From: Paragordius varius
Lineage: Eukaryota > Animalia > Nematomorpha
Direction: 5' to 3'
Assembly: GCA_964247055.1 (NCBI GenBank)
Contig: OZ176055.1
Coordinates: 8,370,001 to 8,434,000, forward strand
Length of the DNA stretch: 64,000 nt
The notes beneath the pieces are model-generated. The model saw nothing but the letters and a program-made list of their open reading frames with translations, was not told the origin of the DNA and did not search any database. Position numbers and translations under genes: made by a program. Shown piece by piece: positions 38,872 through 64,000 of this stretch (position 1 is its first letter; the number at the start of each line of letters is the position of its first letter).

Positions 38872-40338
38872 GGCCCATGTGAATGAGCCAGTTGAGCAGG
38901 CTCATTCACCACTTTTAATGATCCAGGTGAATGAGCCTTCCTCGTCCTGTTGAGATGGAGGAATTTTTAATCCTGGTTTTTTCAGGATTAAGCTTGTTAC
39001 AAAAGCCGATATCTCGAGAACTAGGAAGAATTTTTAATATCTGCAAACTGTATTAGCCTTAATAAAGTATATTTAATATATGTATATGGTAGGTTTTGGA
39101 AATTTTGGACATGGATTAAAAAATATTTTTCGGGCAAATGCTTACTAAAGGTTAGATGCTTTATTTTTATATATTTAGGCAAGAAATGGTAGTTAGTTCG
39201 AGTTTATAAGCAAGTTTAACTGAATATTTAGAAAATTATGTATAACTACTGATATGTTTCTTCAAGAATTTAGAATATGTCATCAAATAATTTTTTTCTC
39301 ACTTGAAACCATTCTAAATGGTAAAATAATCAGGAATACTATCGAGTATTTTAAATTTGGTTTATTTTAGACATGAAACTCTGCTACTTACTAATGATAA
39401 TCGGAGTATTCGGTAATACATATTTCTATAAAAGCGATAGGTAACATTGACGAAAATGAGTTAGCAAACTTTTATCAGAAGATCAGACAACACCTATATT
39501 GAAAAGCCATCAGGCAGGATTAGATCGGAGAAACGAAATTTGACATAATTTTATTGATAATTTATTTTTACACAATAAATGAATATATTTTATAAATGTA
39601 TTATTGGTTTGGCTCAGTTATTGTGATTCCATGGATTAATTTACGATATATGTCTCTATCATTTGATGCGTTTCGAGGTATGTTCCGGAATTTAAAGTCT
39701 TATTCTATGATTTGAGTCCAAGTTGTTTTAGTCGGTTAAGAGCAGAAATCTGTAAATCAAGAGTTTCTTTTGCAGGTGAGTCTATACTGGATCTGTCTAT
39801 GTGTCCAAAATACCGAAGTCTATTTGTTCTGATTAAAGCTGTTATTGGTTCTAGTTCAATGGTAGATTTATCATCATATAGCATTTTGTCTTCCGTTCTT
39901 TTCAATCTCGATTCTAATGTTTTTGCCCAATTTAAATATTGATCATTTCTTCGGCTAAAGCCCCCCAGACCTTAAGCTTTTCGTCATTGCAGAATTTATT
40001 TACGGATTCATAAAGATGCACAGATATTTCGAAATTATTTAGACAAAACTTTAAGACCCGCATATAAATCGCGTGTAACTGTTTTCATCATATTGATAAA
40101 AATACAAAACAGGCCTTCGCCATTGCTAAATTTATTTACGGTATTCATAAAGATGGATATATCTATAAATTATTTGAACAAAATAACCTAAATAGCGTGT
40201 AGAACTGTTATCCATCATACTGATAAAAATTTTCAAAACTCCCACCTCAAAAACTCAATCACCTCCCTCAAACATATGCTTCCTCATAATCCATAATCCA
40301 GGTGAATGAGCTTGAAAATTGGCTCATTCACATGGCCC
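38872..40338. mobile_element. Non-autonomous PIF/Harbinger element, 1,467 bp
   Basis: 18-bp TIRs GGCCCATGTGAATGAGCC (17/18 match); TAA TSD at 38869-38871 and 40339-40341; a related repeat at 36591-36630 shows the empty site (...tttaaatcgaagtg). Confidence 0.88.
39705..39905 (-). pseudogene. LINE RT C-terminal fragment carried inside the Harbinger element
   Basis: IELEPITALIRTNRLRYFGHIDR resembles IEPLNVMLRKNRLRYFGHIKR of the LINE near 52130-52190. Confidence 0.7.
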
Positions 40339-40894
40339 TAAATCGAAGTGTTATGCACATTTTCAAAATTTCATATAAATTTGGCACACGATGATAAAAA
40401 CTCAATAAACGTTAAATTTTTGAGATTTCTTTGAATATTTTTAAAAGAAATCAGTATTGAATTCAATAGGCATAGTCAAAAGCGATTTGGACGACAGGTT
40501 AAAAAAATCGAGGATTTTAGAAAATTAATTTTATAATGAAAAAATGAAATTAGATAGTAACAACAGGTTATTACATAGAAAAATTTATAAATATTAAAAT
40601 CGGTTATATGTTTTAAATGTATTGCTAAGTCATTCGAAAATATTAACTTAATACGACGATCAGCAAACTGTTTTAGGTGGGCAAGCGGCTTGTTGTTTGA
40701 GTAACCCTGGTTTATGTTGCTTTGAAAAGGGTTGGAAAACGGTTTAGCATTTGATTTTAATATGTGTTAAGCAGTTACCCAATTTATTTTGTTCAATCAA
40801 AGGGCCAACCAAAATCGATAATAAACATTAGATAATGGTATGTAGATAACCAAGTTATATAAATAGCAAATCATTATATTAAATTTATTAAATT

Positions 40895-41295
40895 TTATTC
40901 ATCAGGTCCATCTTCTAAAGTAGCTGTAATATCAACTCCAGGATCCAATTGAAAATTAGTCTAAAATTAAAATTCAGTATTTACTATAAGCTGTACGATT
41001 TCTGGTGGACTGTATAAATCTACAACTCGTTTGTAAATTCGTAATTGGAAACGATCCCATGTTTTAGACCCTTCACCACATGGGGTTTTTCGCGTAGTTA
41101 TTCGAAGCCTTTTAGTCGGCATTCTGGATGGGCCTTTTGTAAAAACATCTTTGGCCTTAGCACGATCAATTAATTCTTTACAAACTATATTTATATAAAA
41201 TTTAAACCTTTTTCGACTTTTTTAACATCTCTGCTTACAAGTGTGATTCTAATCTTGCGCGAAGGCGATTCAACAACTGGTGCGTCTTTAAACAT
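40895..41295 (-). CDS. RPS20: 40S ribosomal protein S20 (uS10), 3 exons; introns 41185-41207 (23 nt) and 40961-40984 (24 nt)
   Basis: [23 protein letters not shown]...[62 protein letters not shown]. Confidence 0.97.
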
Positions 41296-43978
41296 TTGAG
41301 GGAAGCGACACTTTCATTCACTAAACACGTTGTATATATTAATAAAACTTAGTCCATAAAAATGATAGGAGAAATCATGATTATATCAATATTTTGTATT
41401 AAATAATATGTAATTTTTTAATGATATTATTGGCATTGGGCCTTGTGATAATTTAAAAAACTAAAGTTATCCATATTAAAATAATTCTATACTCTAAAAA
41501 TATAAAATAATATATTTATAAATAGGCTTTAAGATATATTTTTAGTCGCCACTAAAATGTTGTTAATCTTTTATCAAAAATGTGGAAATTTTGCGATAAA
41601 ACTTATATGGTGGTAAAATAAAAAAGCACATAAATGTAAACCTTATTATGAAATTTTTTAGCCAAATTTCGTAGTGATTTTGCTATTTTGAAGAAAGATT
41701 GAAGCGATGAAAAAACGGTATAAAATTTTATATGCTTTTTTATATAGTTTGATGATGCAGCTTATCAAAATAAGCGTTTGGCTTTAAATTTGTAGATCTT
41801 TCGTTAAAGGTAAAATTTATATTTAACTTAATTATCTGTGGTAAATGGCATACATCATTAAATTCAAAAAATATATCCTTTGATGAAATTTAATTTATTA
41901 CATAAAAGTATGTATTTTTTCATAACTGTCAAAACTAGGTAATATATCATATCGTTATAACTATTTAAAATTAAAAAACTGGTAAATTTTAAGTTTACCA
42001 TAGTTTTTTTATTAAGTCTTATATAGATTATTTATATTTTGTAAAATGAAGCATTTAGCTTTTACCAAAAAATTATTTAGCAATATGTGCAGAAATTTCT
42101 CATTAGATAAGGGGTGTACAACAGAAATCCGCATTTGAAAAATATATAAAGGGCTTTAACACAGTTCCTGAAAGTATCCTCACAAAGAAATGTAAGATTC
42201 TGTTAGATATGTAAAAGGATATGATGAGTTTCGGCTCTTTCTATTGACTTTATAAAGTTGTTACACTAATTTACTAAATAAATTTGTGAAAGCTATGCTT
42301 CATTTCAAAAAATATCAGAAATGATAAACTTTATATAAAAAGCAAAACAAAACTTGTATAGAATTCTATATTGTATGTGGTCTCCGAAATTCCAAATTAT
42401 TTGCTCTTCTAAAATGGGCATGTCTTTTAAAATGGACGCAAAAATACCGAGATTGCGCTATCAGTTATTTTGTAAAAAAACGCGTTTTATATAGGTTATT
42501 TTTATTAAAATTTAGTTATCAAATAAATTGTATTTTTTTGGTGTAAAAATAACCCGATGAAATTTATGAAAAGGAAATGTATCAGAATCATTATGCTTTT
42601 GGTTTTGCGCCAATAATATATGAAAATTATTATCATTTCCGTAATAACTGATTCAATGGCAAAATTTTGACAAATTTTATTAAATATATTTTTTGGTGGT
42701 AGAGACTTTAAAAAATATCAATAAAATTTATCATAAACTACCTATAAAAACACAACAAAAATTTTAAAAAATTTTAACTTATAGATATGAGCTCGAAACT
42801 CTTAATTGGCTCTTCTAAAATGGGCTGGTTTTCTTATACAGTCAGAAGTGCCGGGATTGCACAATAAATATTTTAAATATATACTAAATTTTGACATTTT
42901 TTGAATATGAATGCTTTTTACAAAAATTTAATATCAGTGAACCTTTGAATTAAAAAGTTTAGTAAAAATAAATTATTCATACAAATATCCAATGATAATT
43001 TTCCTATAAATGAATGAATATCACTCTAATTGATTCTTTAACTTTTTGCTCGATTTTGTGGACAAGTTTTTTTGAGATAGAATGATATTGGACATGGTTG
43101 GTGTCAATATTTGTTGTTTTGTTCCATTTTTTATTAAGTAACATGGGCCAGAAAGCATGCTCTATAGCTCGTATAAATTTTATACCAGTCTTATTGCAAA
43201 CCCAGTTTTTACAGTAAGTTGCGATTGGAAATATTATGATAATTAGAGTTTGTGTTGATTTTGTTTATGAATGCGTGATTACCTTGCGATATGATTAGAC
43301 ACAGCTATGACTATTCCTAGCATAATATCACTAGATGTATTTTTTTTATAATGCAGTTAAAGGGCTATAGTATACAATAGAGATAATTTAAATAATTTCT
43401 TCTGAAATGGCAAATTCCTAAAAATATCAATCAATAGATGCATAATTTAATATTTAAGGCAAGAATTTTGGTTATAAAGCAATTAAACAATATTTATTGA
43501 TAATATATTTTAGGCATTTTCAACGTGGTGGCATAATATTTTGCATATTCATTAAAATTTCTCTCAAACTAAACAAATTTTAATTAACCTATAAGCAACT
43601 TAACACTTAGATTCAAATTGGGGTGTATGAATACGCTTGACAATATCCTAGAATTAAGCTTGCTTTTTTATACAAATTACATTTAACTTTGATAAACAGA
43701 AAAAGTGGTATTATTTACATTAATATTGCTTGTAGACGCATGTCATAATGGCAAAATTTTTACTTTTGGGTTTTACCTATGAATAAGTAATATCATGTAT
43801 TTTTAAATGACGTTTCAAGGACTGAAATGATTGCGTTGCATCCCACTGTTAAACATGGCTATTCTGTTAAAATTTTGAAAGTAGCAACGAGATATTGGAA
43901 CGTGATTAAATTAATCATATATCATCTCAGCGCACTCTTTTTCATTTGGTTCTATCGCATTTAATTAACCGAAACTAC

Positions 43979-56387
<12,409 letters not shown>

Positions 56388-59164
56388 TTTAGTTTTTTTA
56401 TATCTATCATAAAAGCGACCATAAAAACGGAACGCCCTGCCCTCTTTTTTGGGGTAGATTTATGAAAGGTTAATGGGTTAAAATGAAAAGTAGGCTGAAA
56501 TAATATTACACGTTGAGAGAATTTAGGAAACGCATTTACACTTTTCAATCGTTTTTTATGTCGTCGTTTATGACGCCAATAAAAGTATTATTTATATCTA
56601 CGAAAAACATTGTTTGAACACCATAAAATCCCCCCCAAAAATCTTATTAGTTCAATTATAAACGCATTCATAATCGATTGGATTTGCTTTGTTTTTTTTA
56701 TATCTCATTTCAAGCTATCATCTCATATATCATGTAGTATAGACCTACACAAACACGCATACACCATAAGCAAAACAATTCGTCCAACTGCCCCCCGCCC
56801 CTTCTTTATACCAAAATAACTTTTTTTTCTGTTTTGTTTTAGGCAAATGCATTCATTTTTGAATCCTTCTTACATATTTTTTAATATTTATTTATAAATG
56901 CATGTAACAAAACAATATCACCCCATTTTTTTTACTATTATATTTCATAAGAAAATAGCGTATAAAGCATGACAAAGAAACAAATGATAATTTTTTTCCT
57001 TGATTTAAGGTAAAAATTTAATCAATACTAATTAGAGTGATTTATAGGCTAATAAATAGGTTAAGCAAAGGTTAATCAGATGAAATTTGCCATATTTATA
57101 AGGTTTTTCTGCTATTTATATTTCACATCTAACAAAAATCGATTTTTCTTTGTAAAAATTTAGGTTTTTTACACCTTACTATCTCCTTAAAATTAAAAAT
57201 GCGATGGATCATTCTTCTTATATGCATTTCCCATATATCCTAATCTTGTGGTGTTTGAATGATAAAACTTATTTTTCCAAATAAGCAATCTCTTAAAAAG
57301 CCATAATTATACATTTTAATTTGCAACTTAGCTTTATTCATTTAAAATCTTAGATTTCTTGTGTTAATATGAATATAATTGATAAATTTAAATTATTAAT
57401 TGAATTTTGTTTAATATGATATATGAATGAAAAAACGAATTTAAAACAAATTGTTTATAACCCATTTTCATGCATGATAATTAATATATTAATTATTGCT
57501 ATAGATATATTTATGGTATTAATTTGTCCTCATTTTTTGTCATTGTCAAATTACCATCTATTTATCTTTATATAGACTTCATCATCAATGTTTTTTACAT
57601 TTATAATATTACCCCATAGGTTTATATTGATTTTTTTGGCGGCGCTGTGAAAAAAAGTGCGTTACTAAAAGTTTTTTCTTAATTTTTTTTATCTTTGGGG
57701 GGAAAAATTCCCTAAAATAAATTATAATACTACAAATTTTTATTAATACATGACTTTATTTTACTTTTTTATTCCATACATGGAAATTTATTGCAAAAAT
57801 TATTGAATTTGCTCAAGGCCTTGCAATATATATCATCTATATGTATGTGCGCCATAATAGGTTTTGTGTCAAAGTTTAACTCATCTCCCCCCCCCTCTCT
57901 TTTTTTATAGTTTATATATACTGTAAGATTTATATTTTGATAAAATTATCATTGTTTAATTTAATTTGATTCTATATATTCATATATATATTTACTACTA
58001 TTATTATGAATATTTAATAAATTTTTCTATTCTATATTTTTTGGGTACGGAAGATGCGTTTGAAATCCACAGAGAGATAATTTTCAAGGCCAGATATTAA
58101 TTTTTTGGCATATATTTGAGGCTTGAAAGCACATTCACATATACTTGTGAAAATGTAAGTGTTTTAGACAGTATTTCAGTAGTGGTTTGTTTTTCGCACC
58201 AAAGCAGATTTAAATATCTATCTATATATATATACTTTGGCTACAAAAATTCAAATGATAGTTTTCTTTTTTAAACTATTTTAAATAGAAAAAATATATA
58301 ATTTTCAGTATTTATTCTTATAATTATCATTACATATAGGATCTTAGAAATATTGCGTCAATACTATATGTATGTTTGTATGTATGATGTGGTATTTGCT
58401 AATATACAGTGTGTGTGATTAAAATCAAAACAAAAATTATATGTATAAAAAATTATCAATAAAAAAATGTTTTGCCCTTGGGCTTTCTAGGCATTATTTT
58501 TTTCCATATTGATTTACATGATATTAATATAATACATTATAATTGATTTTTCATTGTACATAAAATATAATGTAAAAAATGATAAATATATCAATTACAA
58601 ATAAAAAATTGGAAAAAAATTCAAGAACAAATTAAAAGTTTATTTTGCAGTGAAAAAAGATTGTAATAAAATTGTTTTACGTTACGTTATTATTATGAAA
58701 TTGATTTTATGCATATGCAAAATGCAATATTTTTTCATTTAGTTAAAATTTGAATAGCTTAAACTACTTTTTTGAAAAAAAAACTGTAAGGTTATAAAAC
58801 ATATTTTTTGTTCAAAAAAAATAAAATATTAAAATTTTCGCACTCTTATTGTGTTGGCGTTTTTACTTTCGAACAAAAAAAATTAATATGAAACAAAACT
58901 TAAGTTAACACAGATTTTCTGCATTGTGAGAAGGTATTTAAAGAAAGGGACATCTAATACCGTACCATATTAATTGTTAGACTGCATAAAGGCGATTGTT
59001 TAAAGAAGCGATAAAGAAAAGGCTTTCAGTTCCTGAGGATTTAATTCGTTAAAGTTTTGCCATTTAAATTAAGAAATGATGACCAAAGTGACTCTGGTAC
59101 TTTAATATGTTATAGAAAACTTGCAAAGTTTTGATTTTGTTTTACAATGATATATCGTCCATTA

Positions 59165-62131
59165 TTACAACAAATATTTTATGCCTAAACATAGTAACGT
59201 GTTGGCAATGATGAGTATAGTGTTTGTATGAATTGGCCATTGACTATGGGCAGCACCGGTAGCTTTTTTAACTTCATCAATCTTATTGTCAATCTTTTCG
59301 TCGAGTTTGTGGAGACCTTCATCGATCTTATCTTTCGTATCCTTGACGCCCGTCTTGAGTTTTGCCTTCAATTTTTCCATTTTGGCCCGGGCCTCGTCAC
59401 TCAGGACGGCACCCTCTTCACAATGGGCTAGGAGGTCTTGTTTATTACAATTATCCGTACTACAAGTCGTATAACACAACACTTTTTCAACACCATCTTG
59501 ATTCGTTGCACGCATACAAACATTGTTTCCCAAATCCTCTGGGCTACAACTTCGCGTAAAGGTTAGTATGTTATCTATGGACAACAATTATTGTTAGAAA
59601 GTTAAATGTAAATCATAGATTGTAGATTGGATTATTAGATTAAATAATTTCATTTTAATTAGAAAACATGTGTAACAATTCTTAATAATTTAGCGGTCAA
59701 AGGTCATAACTAATTAAAAATTGGTCAAATATTTAGCCAATTAAGTAAAACTGCTAAATGCATATATAAAAGTTTGGTTATATTCATAGGCTTAATATGT
59801 TCAATTAATTATAACCTTCATTTACATACAACTTTCCAAACCTTTATTAAACCTCATTTTTTACCCGGAGATTAGAGTAAACCATTATATTCCTGTTTTT
59901 GTGAAGAAGAGCGTTTTTATATTTTTAATTATGCGCACAACTATCTAATGCTCTAATTTTAGTTTAAGGCAAATAAATTTTTCCATTCTGACAAAAAGGT
60001 TTTTTGCAATTTCAAATCAAACAATTATAGTTAGTAAATATTTTAATTTGAAAATTTGACTTTGCTAATATTTTGCCGTCTCCTATTAATTCTTTTATAT
60101 AAGGAGTTTGATATACAAAAATATATTAGAAAACTCATAAGTAAAATAATAAAATCCCAAATTCTTATCTGTTCGCAAATGATGGTGTATAAAACTGAAT
60201 GTCTTTTAATTACTTTTAACCATGTGCTGTGGACATTTTTTTAAAACACTTTTACTTTTTATAAACTATAAAATAGTGATCAGATCTATTCGCATCAATA
60301 AATTCCAAAATCATGATATTTTTTAAAATTTAAAATATAAGATGTAATACTCACTGTTTGTATCCTTTTCTTTGACCGTTATGCAGTGATTGTAATTGGC
60401 AGGACATTCGCGGCCTTCGGGAGGATTGCATTTACAAAATCTATCGTTTTCTGTCGAACAATGAATGCATTGCAGAGCTTGAACTAAAAATGATAATATA
60501 TAACGTTGTTAAAATCAGTAAATGATTAATATTTTAAATATACAGTGTGTCTCCTTCCTTCAATCATAATGTGATTAAAAATCGAAAAAGCGTATAAGAA
60601 TCATAAGTTAAGCTTTTAATGAACGCTAAATTTTCAAAAAATTCCATACTGCTATCCTATCATTTAAAAGACATAATAAATTTTAAAATGAAAAATCAAA
60701 AATTTGAAATTATACAGACAAAAAACGTAAAAACATCAAGTCAAATATGTTTTTTAAAAAGACCGCTGCCTTTTTTTGAAGTTGACCTTTTTGAATATAA
60801 CTCATTGTTTTAAATTGCAAAATATGGAATTGAGATGTAAATTGGTAACACAATCTAATTATATGTTAAAAATTATAACAATTTATATTGGTAAAATCAA
60901 TTTAAATTATGGTTGTCCTTTATAAATAGTGCCTTTTTACACTTTGTCTGTATATAATTTCAATTTTTACTGTATTTTGGGTCAAATTTTTTGGACACCA
61001 GTTATAATAATTTTAAAAGATTTTTTTTTAATTATTTAGCAAGGAATGCATATTTTGCATTCTCCGGTAAATTTAGATATTCAATTTGGCTTATTGAGCG
61101 GTATAATATATATATATTTACACCTATTAAATCCTTACGAATATAATTTAATGGATATTTATATTACAATGTAGAATGATAATTGCCAGCCATTTTCAAT
61201 AAAATAACTCTGAGACCAGAAATTACTAAATTCCACCTCCAAATAAAATAATTCTATATATCCGCTTTGGAAACATATATTTCAAAATAGCTCCTGTTAT
61301 AAAAACAGCCTTAAACAGGACTGATATACCGATATTAAACATTTGTTGGTTTTAGTAATTATAAGTCAAATTTTAATTATTCCTGGTGGCGCTTTGAATG
61401 TTGGATTCAAAAATATATTATTTCTTCAACTTTTAGATTAATTTAAACTTAAAATATAAAAATCGATTAATACCATTGACCCTGCCACAGGTAAAAAGGG
61501 TTAATATTTTTTTTCATATATAATATTTTATCGTTCATTACAATTTCTCAATCTTTATTCGAAAAAAGAATTAACAAATTAGTGTTAAATAAATAGTTTT
61601 TACCTACATATTTATTATATAAATTAAATTTTTTAATAAAAATTATTATAATATCAACGCCCTTATATATATCATAGTTATTATGATGATAAATTTCGAT
61701 TTAATTAAATATTTATATCATACCTGTTTATAAAATCTTTTATAAGAAAAAAAACATGATAAAAATATTTATGTTAACAGGTATATAAAAAAAACGTTTT
61801 ATTAAAATATTTAATATTTAATTTTTGTGAAAAGTTCAATTTAATTAAACTAATATATTATCATTTAACCATTATACTTACTTACTAACTTTGAAGCAAG
61901 TATTTTTTCAAAACATATTACATATATCCGCTAATTATTTATTAATTATTTAATAGAAAATATGCGCATCATAGATTATTTATGTCAAGGGTATTTTCAA
62001 TTTTTATATTCATTTTTTTAAAATAATCAAAAAAATTGTAAATATTTAAAATATTTATATATAAATATACCTGCAGCTGGAACATTGATTGAGGATAAAA
62101 GGATTAGAAATATAATAGCATAGGGTCCCAT
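59165..62131 (-). CDS. GPI-anchored Ly6/uPAR three-finger-domain protein (quiver/sleepless-like) with extra charged helical stalk; exons 62071-62131, 60355-60483, 59165-59574
   Basis: Signal peptide MGPYAIIFLILLSSINVPAA; LQCIHC...FCKC...EC...HC...RSC...VC...LCYTTCSTDNCN cysteine pattern; hydrophobic C-terminus TILIIANTLLCLGIKYLL; phase-1 GT-AG junctions. Confidence 0.85.
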
Positions 62132-64000
62132 ACTATTCAATGTGATTGAATTTTTCGAATTACTAAACAACTTTTTTAACATGTGGTGTGATTTGTTTGA
62201 TATAATAATTTTTTTTACTAAAGTTTACTCAAATCAAATTTTTTTAATTTATAAATATTAGATAATCAGTGGAAAAAATATTGTATAGTTTGCACGAAGA
62301 AAAAATCTTTAAAATCTAACAAATTTGTATCCGAAAACATATATTTTTTTACTAGCTAATATATATATATGTGTTTCGCGGTAGGTATTTATATTATATA
62401 TTGATGTTGATGATATTATTGATAATCTATAAATATAAAATGAAAATAAAATAAGAAAAAAATGATAATACACAATAAAATTTTAGAGGATTAATTTTTT
62501 TTGGATTGTAAAAAAAAATCTAAAATTTTACCGCGAGCGGAATTGGATTTGTTTTCTAGTGTGTTCTTCGAAATTTTTCCACAGCAATCAAATGTAATAT
62601 TAATTATCAAGCGGTTTGAATAACATTAAAAACAGAATGATAATTTATTTTTATATTTTTGTACACGAAAAAAGTAGTTGAATTAAATTTGAAAAGTAGT
62701 TGTTAGATATTATTTTCAATGTGGTTCGAAAAAAAAACTGTCAATTCCAATGTAAATTTTATTGTCAGCTTTCTGGTAAGCTATTTTCGGACACACAATC
62801 GAAAAAGAATAATCAAAAATAAATTTTATGATTTGAAACGGAATAACAATAAGAAATTAATAAAATTTGACATTTGAATAAGGAAAGGAAGTGTGAAATT
62901 TGAAACGCGCTAGAGAATTTGTCAAAGAATGTATTGTTGTTAACAGGCTTGATATGAATTTAGCGGTGATTTAAAAAAAATATATAAGCATTGAAAAAAA
63001 CGTGGTCAATTTCTTTTTGTCGAATATAAGGATATTAGCAACCAACCAGCCTTTTTCAAGATTAAATAAATTACTATTTATTCCACAAATGAAGAATATA
63101 AAATTATTTCACAGTTTTTTAAGAAAATAATATTTAATGAAGTAAAATCAAAATATGGAGTTGCAAATGTAGTATATATCTCTATATCTTATGCACGCAC
63201 AATATTTAAAACTTTGCAAAACTGTGAAAAGGTGTTTTAACTTTTAATAAGGAATACATAAGGAATGAATAAGGGAAAGTAGGAAAAAATTATTATTTAA
63301 ATTTATTTATTTATTAACTTAAACATTAGATTGCATTTTTTAAAATAAACATGAAAAAAATGGTGGAAGATATATATGTACGTATAAAAGATCTTAATTA
63401 CATAAAGAGTAAATTATTGAGTTCTAAAGAACTAGAATTTTGTTGGAAATACAATAATTAAAAAAAATAGTTTATATTGCTTTGCTAATATAATAATATG
63501 GATATGTAATATTGATTTGCTTTGAGAATTTCAATTTGATAGAGCAAACAGCAAATATTAATAATATACCTTTTATGTATATATCATGAAATTTATATAT
63601 GATATATATATATATATATATATATATGAACTTTTATTTAAGGATGAAATAGGAAAAAATATTTCATACTACTTTATACTATATATATATATATTTATAT
63701 ATATATTTTAATAGAAACACCTAGAAATTTTGTTTAAACGCTGCGCTGTTTATAAATATATATATATATATATATTATTGATTGATATATGGATGTTTTG
63801 TTAAGGAAGATTGATTACGCAAAACAAGTAGAAGGCTTTTGCAATTTTCCAGGGATTTTATCTATTTCATTATATTATTATTATTATACATATATAATTT
63901 TTTCATTTTATCATTATTAATGAACTTTTATCACTAAACAACATCTATCTATATATATATATATATATATAATCAATGGATTCTATTATTACATTTATAC

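Noticed and set aside
56400-59100. Short ORFs and GC-richer patches between SQLE and the Ly6 gene
   Set aside because: No spliceable chain or recognisable motif; treated as UTR or intergenic
61476-61504. ttgaccct...aaagggttaa as a piggyBac end
   Set aside because: Only about 29 bp, no matching partner end or TTAA pair; compatible with chance

Overview
Very AT-rich eukaryotic (animal-like invertebrate) genomic DNA; the taxon cannot be fixed from the sequence. Genes reconstructed by hand from GT-AG exon chains: 3' end of a type I diacylglycerol kinase (+), a receptor guanylyl cyclase (+), MRPL43 (-), DUSP12/YVH1 (+), an intronless HOGA1/DapA-family aldolase (-), RPS20 (-), squalene monooxygenase (+) and a GPI-anchored Ly6/three-finger protein (-). 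Intron sizes are strongly bimodal: many micro-introns of about 19-37 nt plus a few kb-sized, transposon-filled introns. About 20 kb (21.2-40.8 kb) has no recognisable host gene and holds a Gypsy remnant, a 3.15-kb hAT with TIRs and TSD, a 2,355-bp tandem duplication, modular repeats and a PIF/Harbinger element. An almost intact RTE-type LINE sits in an SQLE intron. The most striking observations are (1) a 3.9-kb near-perfect foldback element with TA TSD that appears to have inserted into a 34-nt micro-intron of DUSP12, so folding would restore the original splice-site spacing, and (2) a receptor guanylyl cyclase that keeps its metal-binding aspartates but has lost the catalytic Asn and Arg. 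No rRNA, tRNA or CRISPR was recognised. All coordinates were counted by eye and may be off by a few bases.
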